A stretch of 64,000 nucleotides of DNA from Candidatus Magasanikbacteria bacterium RIFOXYB2_FULL_38_10 (GCA_001783145.1 MFQT01000017.1:30119-94118), one strand, 5' to 3'; shown: positions 7,700 to 17,267, counted from the stretch's first letter. Made by a program: numbers and translations. Notes: generated by a model from the letters alone, not told the origin.

Positions 7700-9003
7700 T
7701 GAAATCATTAATAAAAAAATTTACGCCACGATTTTTAATTCGCTTATATCATCTTGTCTTGGCCAAACTGGCGGCTTTGTGGTATGGGTACCCTTCGCGC
7801 AAATTAATTGTGGTGGGTGTTACGGGCACGGGCGGCAAGTCCAGTACGGTTTATCTTTTGGCCAAATTATTAGAAGCGGCTGGCTGGAAGGTGGGAGTTA
7901 CCTCCACGGTTTTTTTTAAAGTTGGTGAGTGGGAAAAATTAAATGATAAAAAAATGACAATGTTGGGGCGTTTTGCTACACAAAATTTTTTACGCCGCAT
8001 GGTAGATGCTGATTGTCAGGTGGCTATTGTGGAGACAACCTCCCAAGGCATAGAACAGTATCGGCATTTGGATATAGATTATGATATTGTTGTTTTAACC
8101 AATTTGTATCCGGAACATATAGAAGCGCATGGCGGTTTTGAAAATTATCAAAAGGCCAAAGGTAAATTATTTGCCGCTTTAACCAAAACTTATCGCAAAA
8201 AAATATTTCCAGCCAAAACCATTATTGTTAATGGCGATGATGAATACGCCTCATATTTTTTAAATTTTCCCGCTGATGAAAAAATTACTTTTGGACTAAA
8301 AGAAAATTCCTTGCCTGTTAAAGAAAAAATTATTGCTGTGCAACCTTTGCCCTTGGGAGAACAAATTTCTTTTACTGTTAAGGGAACTGATTTTGTCTTG
8401 CCTCTTTTAGGCGAAATGAATATCTATAATTCTTTATGTGCCATTACTGTGGCCAAAGTTTTGGGATTAAGCTTAGAGGAAATTAAAAGATTTTCCGGAG
8501 CGATGAAAAACATTCCCGGCCGGCAGGAGTTTATAAACGAAGGACAGAATTTTAAAGTGCTGGTTGATTATGCCTTTGAACCCAAAGCCTTGGCCTCTCT
8601 TTATGAAATTTTAGAAATGATTCCTCATAAGCGTTTGATTCATGTTTTAGGTTCGGCTGGTGGTGGTAGGGATGTAGCGCGGCGGCCTGTTTTGGGTAGT
8701 CTGGCCGGGGAAAATGCGCAGATAGTAATTGTGACCAATGAAGACCCCTATGATGATGATTCCGAGCAAATTATAGAAGAGGTAGCACAAGGAGCAAGCG
8801 AAAAAAGCAAAATAGAAGGGCAGGATTTGTTTAAAATTTTGGATAGGCGTGAGGCTATTAAAAAGGCTTTGCAACTGGCAAAGGAAGGGGATTTGGTTTT
8901 GGTCACCGGCAAAGGATCGGAGCAAGCCATTTGTGTTGGGGGTGGCCAAAAATTACCTTGGGATGATAGAAAGGTTATAAGGGAGGAGTTGGTAAAAATA
9001 TAA
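7699..9003 (+). CDS. Mur ligase family protein (MurE/MurF-like, lacks the usual N-terminal domain)
   Basis: GVTGTGGKSST P-loop of the Mur ligase central domain, followed by the conserved TSQG/E..H region and a C-terminal Mur ligase domain. It begins directly at the ATP-binding domain. Confidence 0.6.
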   Translation: MKSLIKKFTPRFLIRLYHLVLAKLAALWYGYPSRKLIVVGVTGTGGKSSTVYLLAKLLEAAGWKVGVTSTVFFKVGEWEKLNDKKMTMLGRFATQNFLRRMVDADCQVAIVETTSQGIEQYRHLDIDYDIVVLTNLYPEHIEAHGGFENYQKAKGKLFAALTKTYRKKIFPAKTIIVNGDDEYASYFLNFPADEKITFGLKENSLPVKEKIIAVQPLPLGEQISFTVKGTDFVLPLLGEMNIYNSLCAITVAKVLGLSLEEIKRFSGAMKNIPGRQEFINEGQNFKVLVDYAFEPKALASLYEILEMIPHKRLIHVLGSAGGGRDVARRPVLGSLAGENAQIVIVTNEDPYDDDSEQIIEEVAQGASEKSKIEGQDLFKILDRREAIKKALQLAKEGDLVLVTGKGSEQAICVGGGQKLPWDDRKVIREELVKI

Positions 9004-9004
9004 T

Positions 9005-9604
9005 ATGTCCATCATTTTACACCCACGTGAACAAATCATTAAAAAAATACGCCGGTATTATCTTACTTATTTTTGGCACTGGCTATTGGTTTTTATTTTT
9101 ATCGCCGCACCTTTCTTTTTTATGTTTGTTCTTTTTTCCTGGGGCAAGTGGGGCGTGGGCATTTTTATTGCCTTGTTGGTTGTGGGTTTGTTAGTTTTAG
9201 TGCGCGGTTTATTTTTTTGGCGTAAAAATGTGACCCTAATTTCTACCGGAAGGATTTTAAAAATGGAACAGCACGGGCTTTTAAATAAAACCGTCACTGA
9301 TTTGGGTTTTTACAACATCAGAAGCGTTTCTTATAAAATTAAAGGCTTTTGGCCCACAATTCTGCGCTATGGCAAGATTGTGATAGAAACCAATGACGAC
9401 AAGAAAAATTTAGAAATTTTAGCGGTCAAAAAACCGGCCGAGGTGACAGAGACAATTACTCTTTTGCAACAGAAGCAATTAAAGGAAAACAGCCGTTCCG
9501 GTTATAATTTAGAGGATATTTTTAATTTTATATCTCATCAGCCCAAAGAACAGCTAAATAAGATTAAAGAATTAGTAGACAAAAAACTCAAAGAAATGGT
9601 ATAA
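9005..9604 (+). CDS. membrane protein with bacterial PH-like (bPH_2/YdbS-like) domain
   Basis: Two N-terminal TM helices, then a roughly 100-aa domain resembling membrane-flanked bacterial PH domains. Confidence 0.4.
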   Translation: MSIILHPREQIIKKIRRYYLTYFWHWLLVFIFIAAPFFFMFVLFSWGKWGVGIFIALLVVGLLVLVRGLFFWRKNVTLISTGRILKMEQHGLLNKTVTDLGFYNIRSVSYKIKGFWPTILRYGKIVIETNDDKKNLEILAVKKPAEVTETITLLQQKQLKENSRSGYNLEDIFNFISHQPKEQLNKIKELVDKKLKEMV

Positions 9605-9614
9605 TTTTAAAGCT

Positions 9615-10013
9615 ATGCAAAAAAGGTCTTTGGCGGGAAAAATTGGAAAGAACCGACTTTTTATAGTTGTGGTAAGTATTTTTTTAATCTTATTTTTAAT
9701 TGGTTTTCTGCGTTCTTTTTGGCGGGATTATCAAATAAGAAAAGAAATAAAGGACATGCAGGAGGAAAGAATTCGTTTAGAGGGTCAGAAATTAAAAACT
9801 TTGGATTTTCTTAATAATTTACAAGGAGACAACGAAGCAGAAAAAGAAGCACGATTAAATTTTGGTTTGGCTAAACCGGGTGAACAGGTGGTGATTATTG
9901 CCGGTGGATTGCAAAAGACTACTGAAAAAAATAATAATGAAGAAAAACGAGAAGAAAATAATTCAAATATGATCTTGTGGTGGAGATATTTTTTCGCGCC
10001 CAAGAATAATTAA
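9615..10013 (+). CDS. septum formation initiator family protein (FtsB/DivIC-like)
   Basis: Single N-terminal TM helix, then a coiled-coil and a conserved ...ARLNFGLAKPGEQVVII segment typical of FtsB/DivIC. Confidence 0.55.
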   Translation: MQKRSLAGKIGKNRLFIVVVSIFLILFLIGFLRSFWRDYQIRKEIKDMQEERIRLEGQKLKTLDFLNNLQGDNEAEKEARLNFGLAKPGEQVVIIAGGLQKTTEKNNNEEKREENNSNMILWWRYFFAPKNN

Positions 10014-10019
10014 TTTTTT

Positions 10020-10976
10020 ATGGAAAATCAAATAGACTCCCTGGAGGAAAAAAAAACAGAACAAGAAAAAAATAAACGCCCGGTTTATCAGTATGCCCTT
10101 TGGGGGTTGGGTGCAGCCGCCTTTTTGGCAATAATTTTAATTGTTTCTTTTGTTTGTTATAGAGCAGAAAAGAATTTATCTACGGATTCTTTTACCTTGG
10201 GCGTAGCGCGTTACATTGGCTTGCCGGCCGGTTTTGTAGATGGTACGCGTGTTTCCTATGTTGAGTATATTGATAATCTGCGGGCAGTGAAACAATATTA
10301 TTCAACTCTGGACGCCGCTCAGGCCAAACCAACTGATGAGCAACTTAATCAATATGTTTGGGATATGTTAGCTCATAACGCGGTTATAAAAAAGATGGCG
10401 GCAGAAAATAATATTGTCGTCACCGGTGAGGAAATAGATAAAGAATATCAAAATTTTATTCAAAATTTTAGTTCGGAAACAGAAGCAGGTAAATATGTAA
10501 GCGATCAATACGGTTGGACAGTTGATAAATTCAAACTGCAAATGCTTCGTCCTTATCTTTTAGCGCAAAAAATTTCTGTCTCTGAAAGTGTGGGACAAAA
10601 AATGGAGGAAAAAGCCAAGCCTAAAGCCGAGGAAGTTTTAAAACAAATTAAAGAAGGGAAAAAATCTTTTGCTGATTTAGCCAAAGAGTTTGGGGAGGAT
10701 GCCACTAAAGACAAGGGCGGTGATTTAGGTTGGTTTGGTACAGGTGTCATGATTAAAGAATTTGAAGATGTGGTATCTAAAATGTCCCCGGGAGAAATTA
10801 GTGATTTGGTAAAAACGCAATTTGGTTATCATATTATCAAATTAGAAGAAAAGAGATTAAATGATAAGAAAGAAACCGAATGGCACGCGAGTCACATTTT
10901 GATTAAGGCTGGTTTTCAGGATTATTTAGAAGAGTTGTTTAAAAATGCCAAAATAAGAAAATGGATTAAAATTTAA
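10020..10976 (+). CDS. parvulin-type peptidyl-prolyl cis-trans isomerase (PrsA/SurA-like), membrane anchored
   Basis: C-terminal parvulin domain (DLGWFGTGVMIKEFEDVV...FGYHIIKL) after an N-terminal TM helix and chaperone-like region. Confidence 0.7.
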   Translation: MENQIDSLEEKKTEQEKNKRPVYQYALWGLGAAAFLAIILIVSFVCYRAEKNLSTDSFTLGVARYIGLPAGFVDGTRVSYVEYIDNLRAVKQYYSTLDAAQAKPTDEQLNQYVWDMLAHNAVIKKMAAENNIVVTGEEIDKEYQNFIQNFSSETEAGKYVSDQYGWTVDKFKLQMLRPYLLAQKISVSESVGQKMEEKAKPKAEEVLKQIKEGKKSFADLAKEFGEDATKDKGGDLGWFGTGVMIKEFEDVVSKMSPGEISDLVKTQFGYHIIKLEEKRLNDKKETEWHASHILIKAGFQDYLEELFKNAKIRKWIKI

Positions 10977-10987
10977 AATAAAAATTA

Positions 10988-11040
10988 AAGAATTAACCGC
11001 GGGTTTGGGTATTTAAACCTCGCGGTTAATTCTTTATCGG
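10988..11040 (+). terminator. hairpin terminator after PPIase gene
   Basis: Inverted repeat aagaattaaccgcg ... cgcggttaattctt followed by a T-rich stretch. Confidence 0.5.
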
Positions 11041-11043
11041 GCC

Positions 11044-11115
11044 GCGGGTATCGTATAGTGGCTATTATGCATCCTTCCCAAGGATGAAAGACGGGTTCGA
11101 TTCCCGTTACCCGCT
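11044..11115 (+). tRNA. tRNA-Gly (anticodon CCC)
   Basis: GCGGGTA acceptor pairs with TACCCGC. Anticodon stem-loop CATCC-TTCCCAA-GGATG and T-arm GGGTTCGATTCCC. CCA not encoded. Confidence 0.75.
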
Positions 11116-11119
11116 TTGG

Positions 11120-11192
11120 GCCGATGTAGCTCAGTTAGCAGAGCAACGGTATCGTAAACCGTGGGTCGTGGGTGCAAGTCCCACCATCGGCT
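11120..11192 (+). tRNA. tRNA-Thr (anticodon CGU)
   Basis: GCCGATG acceptor pairs with CATCGGC. D-arm GCTC/GAGC, anticodon stem-loop ACGGT-ATCGTAA-ACCGT and T-arm GTGGG-TGCAAGT-CCCAC. Confidence 0.75.
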
Positions 11193-11210
11193 TTGGATAA
11201 AGTTTTTCCT

Positions 11211-11891
11211 ATGATCTATTTTAAAAATGTCAGTAAAATTTATCCCCCGGATGTGGCGGCAGTGAAAGATATCCATTTGCAAATAGAACCCGGTGAGTTT
11301 GTTTCTATTGTAGGGCAAAGCGGTACGGGCAAAACCACCTTAGTAAAATTGATGATCGCCGAAGAAAAACCAACGCAGGGAGAAATTTCCATTAATGGTT
11401 GGGATGTTAGCAAATTAAGCTCAACAGAAATTCCTATTTTGCGCCGTCAAATCGGTGTTATTTTTCAAGATTTTAAATTATTGGAAAAGAAAACGGTATT
11501 TGAAAATGTAGCTTTTGCGTTGCAGGTTTGCGGCACACCTTCTGAACGTATTAATAAAGTAGTACCGCAGGTTTTGGATATTGTGGGATTAAGTCAAAAA
11601 ACCGGTCGTTATCCCGGTCAGCTTTCGGGCGGTGAACAGCAAAGAGTGGTGGTAGCCAGATCTTTAGTCCACGCGCCAAAGATAATTGTAGCTGATGAGC
11701 CCACTGGAAATTTGGATGCTTTAAATACTCACGAGGTGATAGAAATTTTAAAAAGAATTAACGAGCTGGGCGTGACCGTGGTGTTAGTGACGCATAACAG
11801 GGAAATTGTTAATATGTTGCGTCGCCGTGTAGTCACTTTGGATCAAGGAATGATTGTCAACGATCAAGAAAAAGGGAAATATGTAATTTAA
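11211..11891 (+). CDS. ftsE: cell division ATP-binding protein FtsE
   Basis: ABC ATPase with Walker A GQSGTGKTT, signature LSGGEQQR and Walker B IIVADEPT. It is followed by ftsX. ATG at 11211 chosen because the upstream ORF extension overlaps tRNA-Thr. Confidence 0.85.
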   Translation: MIYFKNVSKIYPPDVAAVKDIHLQIEPGEFVSIVGQSGTGKTTLVKLMIAEEKPTQGEISINGWDVSKLSSTEIPILRRQIGVIFQDFKLLEKKTVFENVAFALQVCGTPSERINKVVPQVLDIVGLSQKTGRYPGQLSGGEQQRVVVARSLVHAPKIIVADEPTGNLDALNTHEVIEILKRINELGVTVVLVTHNREIVNMLRRRVVTLDQGMIVNDQEKGKYVI

Positions 11892-11904
11892 TTTTTTGTT
11901 TTTT

Positions 11905-12819
11905 ATGTATATTTTTTTCTCACGTATCATCAAATTTGCCTGGCAAAATTTTTGGAGAAATTTAGGCCTGTCTTTAATTACTATTTTGGTTTTGGTGACA
12001 ACTTTAATTTCAGTAGATGTGGTTTTTTTGGTTCGCGGCATTACCAATATGGCTGTTAATTTGGTGCAAGAAAGAATTGATATGAGTTTAATTTTTAAAC
12101 CAGTTGCCGCTGATGAAAAAATTCAAGAAATAAAATCAATTTTAGAAAAAAATTCTTTTGTCACTAACCTTATTTATAAAGATAAAAAAACAGTGCTGGA
12201 AGAGTTTAAAACTAAACATCAAAATGATGAAGGGGTGATTGCGGCTTTGGGGGAATTGGGTGAAAATCCTTTGGGGGCGGTTTTGGTAATCCACGCTCAG
12301 AATACCAAGGATTATGAAGAGATAATGAAAGAGGTAGACGTACCAGAATACAGTGCTTTGATAGAAAATAAGACTTTTGATGACCACGGCCCGGTAATTC
12401 AAAAAATCAGTTCCTTAACGGAAAAAACCGAACAAATTGGCATTATTTTGGGAATCATCTTGACAATTGTGGCGTTTTTGATTATTTTTAATGTGATACG
12501 TTTGAGCATTATTATGCATGGGGAGGAAATTGGTATTATGAAATTGGTAGGAGCCACCAACTCCTTTGTGCGTTGGCCCTTTTTAGTGGAGATGATTTTT
12601 ATTAGCTTAGTGGCTTGGTTAATAAATTTAGGAGTGGTTTTTAGCTCAACATATTTTGTTGATCCGTATTTGGTCAAATTTTTTGAAGGTAGCGGTTTTA
12701 GTTTGCGAAATTATTTTGTGGGTAATTTCGGTTGGTTTTTTGGGGCGGAATTGGTGGGATTGATTATTTTAAGTTTTGTTTCCGCCGGTTTGGCTATGAG
12801 AAAGTATCTGAAGGTTTAA
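11905..12819 (+). CDS. ftsX: cell division permease FtsX
   Basis: FtsX topology: N-terminal TM, periplasmic domain, then 3 C-terminal TM helices with the conserved MKLVGAT motif. First ATG at 11905 (the track start at 11896 is TTG). Confidence 0.8.
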   Translation: MYIFFSRIIKFAWQNFWRNLGLSLITILVLVTTLISVDVVFLVRGITNMAVNLVQERIDMSLIFKPVAADEKIQEIKSILEKNSFVTNLIYKDKKTVLEEFKTKHQNDEGVIAALGELGENPLGAVLVIHAQNTKDYEEIMKEVDVPEYSALIENKTFDDHGPVIQKISSLTEKTEQIGIILGIILTIVAFLIIFNVIRLSIIMHGEEIGIMKLVGATNSFVRWPFLVEMIFISLVAWLINLGVVFSSTYFVDPYLVKFFEGSGFSLRNYFVGNFGWFFGAELVGLIILSFVSAGLAMRKYLKV

Positions 12820-12865
12820 AATTAATGTTATTCTGAGTCTGCGAAAGAGCGGACGCAGAATTTAT

Positions 12866-12936
12866 TCCGGGATCGTCTAATGGTAGGACAGCAGCCTTTG
12901 AAGCTGTATATCGGGGTTCGAATCCCTGTCCCGGAG
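12866..12936 (+). tRNA. tRNA-Gln (anticodon UUG)
   Basis: TCCGGGA acceptor pairs with TCCCGGA. Anticodon stem-loop GCAGC-CTTTGAA-GCTGT, T-arm CGGGG-TTCGAAT-CCCTG and discriminator G. Confidence 0.75.
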
Positions 12937-12988
12937 TTGTAAAAATAGCAGCTTTAAAGGCTGTTATTTTTTATCTTTTTAGCCAACC

Positions 12989-13017
12989 TTGACTAAAGGC
13001 ATTCTTTTTGGTATAAT
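12989..13017 (+). promoter_or_regulatory. consensus sigma70 promoter for typA (TTGACT - 17 nt - TATAAT)
   Basis: TTGACT at 12989-12994, a 17-nt spacer and TATAAT at 13012-13017, just upstream of typA. Confidence 0.6.
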
Positions 13018-13028
13018 CTGCATATTAT

Positions 13029-14822
13029 ATGGAAATTAGAAATATCGCCATTATTGCGCATGTAGATCACGGCAAAACCAAATTGACCGATGCTCTAATG
13101 CGTCAAACAGGCATGGTGACGGATGAAAAAATAAGCATGGATTCTAACGCTCTGGAAAAGGAGCGTGGTATTACTATTTACTCAAAAAATACCAGTGTGT
13201 TTTATAAGGGTACCAAAATCAACATTGTGGACACTCCCGGACACGCGGATTTTGGTTCCGAGGTAGAGCGTGTTTTGCGTTCTATCGATTCGGTTCTTTT
13301 AATTGTGGATGCCCAGGAAGGGCCAATGCCTCAAACCAAATTTGTCTTAAAAAAATCTTTAGAATTAGGTTTAAAACCAATTGTGGTAATCAATAAAATT
13401 GATAAACCGGCCGCCAGACCAGAGTGGACACATGATAAGGTTTTGGAACTTTTTATGGATTTAGGAGCAACAGATGAACAACTGGATTTTACAACTGTTT
13501 TTGCCATTGCTAAACAGGGGATTGCCAAGATGAAATTAACAGATGAATCAACTGATTTAAGCCCTCTTTTAGATGCCATTTTGACCAAAGTTCCTCCGGT
13601 TAAAGCAGATGTAATGTTGCCTTTCACTTTCCAGCCTTTTAATTTGGCCTATGATAATTATTTGGGTCGTTTAGGTATTGGCAGAATTTATCAAGGAACT
13701 TTAAAAGATGGAGATAAGGTTTTTATTAAGAAACAAGACGGAGAAATCATTTCTGGCTATGTCAACAAAATATTCACTTTTGAGGGTGTCACTCGTAAGG
13801 AAGTTATGGAAGCTGTGGCCGGAGATATTGTAATGATTGCCGGTCTACCTCAAATTTATATTGGTGATACTATTTGTGCCGAGCAAAATCAAGAATTGTT
13901 ACCGGCGATTAAAATTGATGAACCGACAATTTCTTTAAACTTTTTAGTCAATAATTCTCCTTTTGCCGGGCAAGAAGGAAAGTATGTCACTAGCCGTCAA
14001 ATTAAAGAACGTTTAGAAAAAGAATTGGAAGTTAATGTGGGGTTAAAAATAGATTTTTCCGCCATTGATTTTTTTAAAGTTAATGGGCGCGGTGAATTAC
14101 ATGTGGCTATTTTGTTAGAAAATATGCGTCGCGAAGGTTTTGAAGTTCAAGTTTCCCAGCCTCAGGTAATTATCAAACAAATTGATGGAGTAAAATGCGA
14201 GCCGTTTGAAGAGGTGACTATTGATGTACCGCCGGAATGTGTTGGTACGGTAATAGAAAAGATGTCTAAAAGAAAAGGGCAAATGAAGTCAATGAATCCA
14301 GAACAAAATCACACTCGTTTAATTTATGAAATTCCTACTCGTGGCTTGCTTGGCTATCGTTCGGAATTTATTGTTGATACTCGTGGAGAAGGTATTTTGT
14401 GCAGTGAAATGGTTGGCTTCAAGCCTTACGTTGGAGAAATTTCTAAACGCGACGTTGGGTCTATGGTTTCTGGCGAAACCGGCAAGGTTTTGGCCTATTC
14501 TTTATCCAATTTACAAGAGCGCGGCGTGTTGTTTGTCGGGGCCAATACAGACGTTTATGAAGGCGAGGTTATTGGTAACACTGCTAAAGGACAAGATATG
14601 ACAGTCAATCCCATTAAAGGAAAACATCTTACCAATATGCGTTCTTCCAATTCCGACATGGCCATTCAATTTACACCACCAATGGAATTAACTTTGGAAC
14701 GCGGTTTGGAAATTATGGCTGAAGATGAATACTTAGAAATTACGCCTAAAAGCATTCGTTTGCGCAAACAGTTTTTAACAGAAAATGATCGTTTGCGTTT
14801 TGCCCGTAAAAATTCCAAATAA
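13029..14822 (+). CDS. typA: translational GTPase TypA/BipA
   Basis: N-terminus [17 protein letters not shown] (G1), DTPGHADF (G3) and NKID (G4). The roughly 600-aa length and EF-G-like domains match BipA. Confidence 0.9.
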   Translation: MEIRNIAIIAHVDHGKTKLTDALMRQTGMVTDEKISMDSNALEKERGITIYSKNTSVFYKGTKINIVDTPGHADFGSEVERVLRSIDSVLLIVDAQEGPMPQTKFVLKKSLELGLKPIVVINKIDKPAARPEWTHDKVLELFMDLGATDEQLDFTTVFAIAKQGIAKMKLTDESTDLSPLLDAILTKVPPVKADVMLPFTFQPFNLAYDNYLGRLGIGRIYQGTLKDGDKVFIKKQDGEIISGYVNKIFTFEGVTRKEVMEAVAGDIVMIAGLPQIYIGDTICAEQNQELLPAIKIDEPTISLNFLVNNSPFAGQEGKYVTSRQIKERLEKELEVNVGLKIDFSAIDFFKVNGRGELHVAILLENMRREGFEVQVSQPQVIIKQIDGVKCEPFEEVTIDVPPECVGTVIEKMSKRKGQMKSMNPEQNHTRLIYEIPTRGLLGYRSEFIVDTRGEGILCSEMVGFKPYVGEISKRDVGSMVSGETGKVLAYSLSNLQERGVLFVGANTDVYEGEVIGNTAKGQDMTVNPIKGKHLTNMRSSNSDMAIQFTPPMELTLERGLEIMAEDEYLEITPKSIRLRKQFLTENDRLRFARKNSK

Positions 14823-14835
14823 TTTTAGCAGTTTA

Positions 14836-14866
14836 AAAAATCCGCTTAAAAGCGGATTTTTTGTTA
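14836..14866 (+). terminator. intrinsic terminator after typA
   Basis: aaaaatccgct-taaa-agcggattttt hairpin followed by T-run. Confidence 0.7.
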
Positions 14867-14884
14867 TTTTGTTTTTTTAAAATT

Positions 14885-15724
14885 TTACCAATTTTCAATT
14901 AAATTATTTATTTCTTTAAAATCTGCATCCTCTTCTAAAATAAGATCAAATTTTTTTTCGTATTCTTTTTTCAGTTTTTTGTAATCAAAATTTAAAAATC
15001 CTATTTTTAATAAATGCGCATATTTAAATCCTGCAGTCATTCCTAAATCTCCCACGCTGTCGCCTAATAAAATAACATTGCGCCGATTTTTAATTAGTGA
15101 ATAAACCTTGGGTAGTTTTTTTAAAATAGTCTTATCTTTATTTAGGCTGTGAATTATCGGTTTTTTGGTGGAAATAGCACGGCCGGTTTTGTTCCAATTA
15201 AATTTATTAACAATGTAGACAATGTTGGGATAATCTTTTTTTATTTTTTGGAAAAAAAGTTGAATGGCCTCGCCGCAACCACTGGCAGAAAAAATAATCA
15301 AAGGAATTTTGTGTTGAAAAAGAAAATCTAAAAAAATTGGAACACCTTTTCTAAATTTAATTGAGCCTTTTTTTACAATATCCTCCAGATCGGCTCTAGA
15401 TAATCCCGATTCAATCAATAATTTGTTGTGTTTTTCCCACCATTCTTGCATGGCCTCTTTTCTCTCAGCCAGAGAAATTTTCGGATCTGTTTCCAACGGA
15501 TGATATTTGTTAAACAAAGCGTGGGCCTTGGGTGCGTAATCTTTGGTTAAGTGTTGGCCGTCCCTAAGCATAGAGATAATTGAAGGGGTTTTAACGCCGT
15601 CAACAGATCCGTAAGTTAGAGTTCGATCAAAGTCACACAAGATATACAGATTTTTAAAACCATCCTCTTTAATTTGGAATAAAAGTTTTTTTAACTTTTT
15701 AGGATAGGGGATCAAGGATGACAT
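14885..15724 (-). CDS. HAD-superfamily pyrimidine 5'-nucleotidase, cytosolic 5'-nucleotidase III (UMPH-1) type
   Basis: DFDRTLT (HAD motif I), IFSASGCGEAI (cf. cN-III VFSAGIGDVL) and GDSVGDLGM (cf. GDSQGDLRM). Confidence 0.55.
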   Translation of the reverse strand: MSSLIPYPKKLKKLLFQIKEDGFKNLYILCDFDRTLTYGSVDGVKTPSIISMLRDGQHLTKDYAPKAHALFNKYHPLETDPKISLAERKEAMQEWWEKHNKLLIESGLSRADLEDIVKKGSIKFRKGVPIFLDFLFQHKIPLIIFSASGCGEAIQLFFQKIKKDYPNIVYIVNKFNWNKTGRAISTKKPIIHSLNKDKTILKKLPKVYSLIKNRRNVILLGDSVGDLGMTAGFKYAHLLKIGFLNFDYKKLKKEYEKKFDLILEEDADFKEINNLIENW

Positions 15725-15814
15725 ATTTTTTGTTTATTTTTACTTGACAAGAAAGTGTAATTATGGTGAGATGGATGTAGTTCCATAACCTTGCCATAAA
15801 ACGAGGAGAATCAC

Positions 15815-16111
15815 ATGGATTCTGTAACCAAGAAGCCTGCTCACGAGGTCATTCTCCGGCGTGTTGAAGAGACTACCGACATGTTAATGAAAAACTATCC
15901 TTTTGAGAGTGCTCTAGTTGGCTTGTACTGTAGTATCATTCTTGTGGTAGGGAAAGATCTTGTGCGTATTTTGTGGGAAATGAATATTCCGCCACAAGAT
16001 ATTGATGGAGTTTGTTTGCGACTTCTAGATACTGCGGAATGTGCGAATGTTCCTGGTTTGGAAGATTGGGTATCTCTTTTAATCTCCTTAGTTGAAGAGC
16101 TTAAAAATTGA
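15815..16111 (+). CDS. hypothetical protein (orphan, own promoter/RBS/terminator)
   Basis: 98-aa ORF with AGGAG 7 nt upstream of the ATG. A TTGACA-type promoter lies upstream and a strong hairpin terminator downstream. G+C somewhat higher than neighbours. No recognisable domain. Confidence 0.5.
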   Translation: MDSVTKKPAHEVILRRVEETTDMLMKNYPFESALVGLYCSIILVVGKDLVRILWEMNIPPQDIDGVCLRLLDTAECANVPGLEDWVSLLISLVEELKN

Positions 16112-16172
16112 TACTAGTCAGGAAATCGATCTTTAATTAAATTGAAACTAAAAACTAACTTTTAGACCGTTT

Positions 16173-16204
16173 GCCCATTCGAGACTACTCGAGTGGGCTT
16201 TTTA
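16173..16204 (+). terminator. intrinsic terminator after 98-aa ORF
   Basis: gcccattcgag-acta-ctcgagtgggc hairpin followed by TTTTT. Confidence 0.7.
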
Positions 16205-16322
16205 TTTAGACTTTTCTTAAATATATCAAATAACTTAAAAAAATCCAAAATATGATATAATTTAATAAGCCATCAAAATCTTTAACTATGGTAAAAATAT
16301 TCACGATACTAAAAAACATTTT

Positions 16323-17267
16323 ATGATACGCCGTTTTTTAAATTTACTCGGTTCACTTTTATCTCTGATTATTATAGTTGGTCTGGTTTATTTTTTAAGA
16401 AATCCCTTGTGGCAAATTTATCTGCGCTTAGAAAGTAAGTTTTTTCCCTGTAGCCGTCCCATCACTTATTCTTTGGGTAATTTTGATAAATTTTTTAATA
16501 TCAGTCAAAAAGATTTTTTAAGCGCGTTAAATCAAGCAGAAAGCCTTTGGGAAAAATCTGTTAATAGAAATTTATTCGAGTCTGCAACTAGCGGCACTTT
16601 AACTATAAATTTGGTTTATGATTATCGCCAAGAAGCAACTCAAAAATTGCAAAAATTAGGCATAACTATTACAGATGATCAGGGAACTTACGAGGCTTTA
16701 AAGAAAAAATACGCCGGTTTGTTAGATTCTTATAATACCCAAAAAGCAAATTTAGATTTAATGATTAAAAATTTTGAAGCAGAAAAAAAAGGTTTTGAAA
16801 GTCAAATAGATTTTTGGAATAAAAAAGACGGAGCTCCGGATAAAGAATATGATTTACTTACAAATAAGCAAGAGGAACTTAACGCCGAAGTGAAAAAGAT
16901 AAATCAGGCTCAAGATAATCTAAATTTTTTGGTTGATGATATTAACGCGGTGGTTAATGTTTTAAATCAATTGGCCTATGAATTGAATTTGACCGTTGAT
17001 AAATATAATAATATTGGACAACAACGCGGAGAGGAATTTCAAGAAGGAGAATATAAAAGTGATTTGAAAGGTACGGAAATAAATATCTATCAATTTGATG
17101 ATAAGGCCAGCTTAGTGAGAGTTTTGGAACATGAATTGGGCCATGCCTTGGGACTGGATCATTTGGATGATTCTAAAGCTATAATGTATCGTCTGAATGA
17201 AGGCCGCAATGATAAACTGACCGATGGTGACATCGCGGCGTTAAAAAAAGTTTGCGGGATAAAATAA
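16323..17267 (+). CDS. membrane-anchored zinc metalloprotease, matrixin/metzincin-like
   Basis: HELGHALGLDH (HExxHxxGxxH) zinc-binding motif followed by a Met-turn-like AIMY. N-terminal TM helix and a central coiled-coil region. Confidence 0.6.
   Translation: MIRRFLNLLGSLLSLIIIVGLVYFLRNPLWQIYLRLESKFFPCSRPITYSLGNFDKFFNISQKDFLSALNQAESLWEKSVNRNLFESATSGTLTINLVYDYRQEATQKLQKLGITITDDQGTYEALKKKYAGLLDSYNTQKANLDLMIKNFEAEKKGFESQIDFWNKKDGAPDKEYDLLTNKQEELNAEVKKINQAQDNLNFLVDDINAVVNVLNQLAYELNLTVDKYNNIGQQRGEEFQEGEYKSDLKGTEINIYQFDDKASLVRVLEHELGHALGLDHLDDSKAIMYRLNEGRNDKLTDGDIAALKKVCGIK

Noticed and set aside
11172-11210. Upstream extension of ftsE ORF (track start 11172)
   Set aside because: The extension overlaps tRNA-Thr. 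The conserved FtsE N-terminus begins at the ATG at 11211.
11034-11318. 94-aa minus-strand ORF across the tRNA-Gly/tRNA-Thr pair
   Set aside because: Overlaps two well-formed tRNA genes and the ftsE start. Spurious.
16112-16150. Cluster of restriction sites (SpeI ACTAGT, ClaI ATCGAT, PacI TTAATTAA) right after the 98-aa ORF, plus ACTAGT adjacent to the tRNA-Lys 5' end (4381) and at 46240, suggesting a synthetic cloning site
   Set aside because: ACTAGT also occurs inside ordinary CDSs (for example near 18044 and 39493). TTAATTAA-like strings are common in AT-rich DNA. The occurrence is consistent with background, so I do not consider this evidence of engineering.
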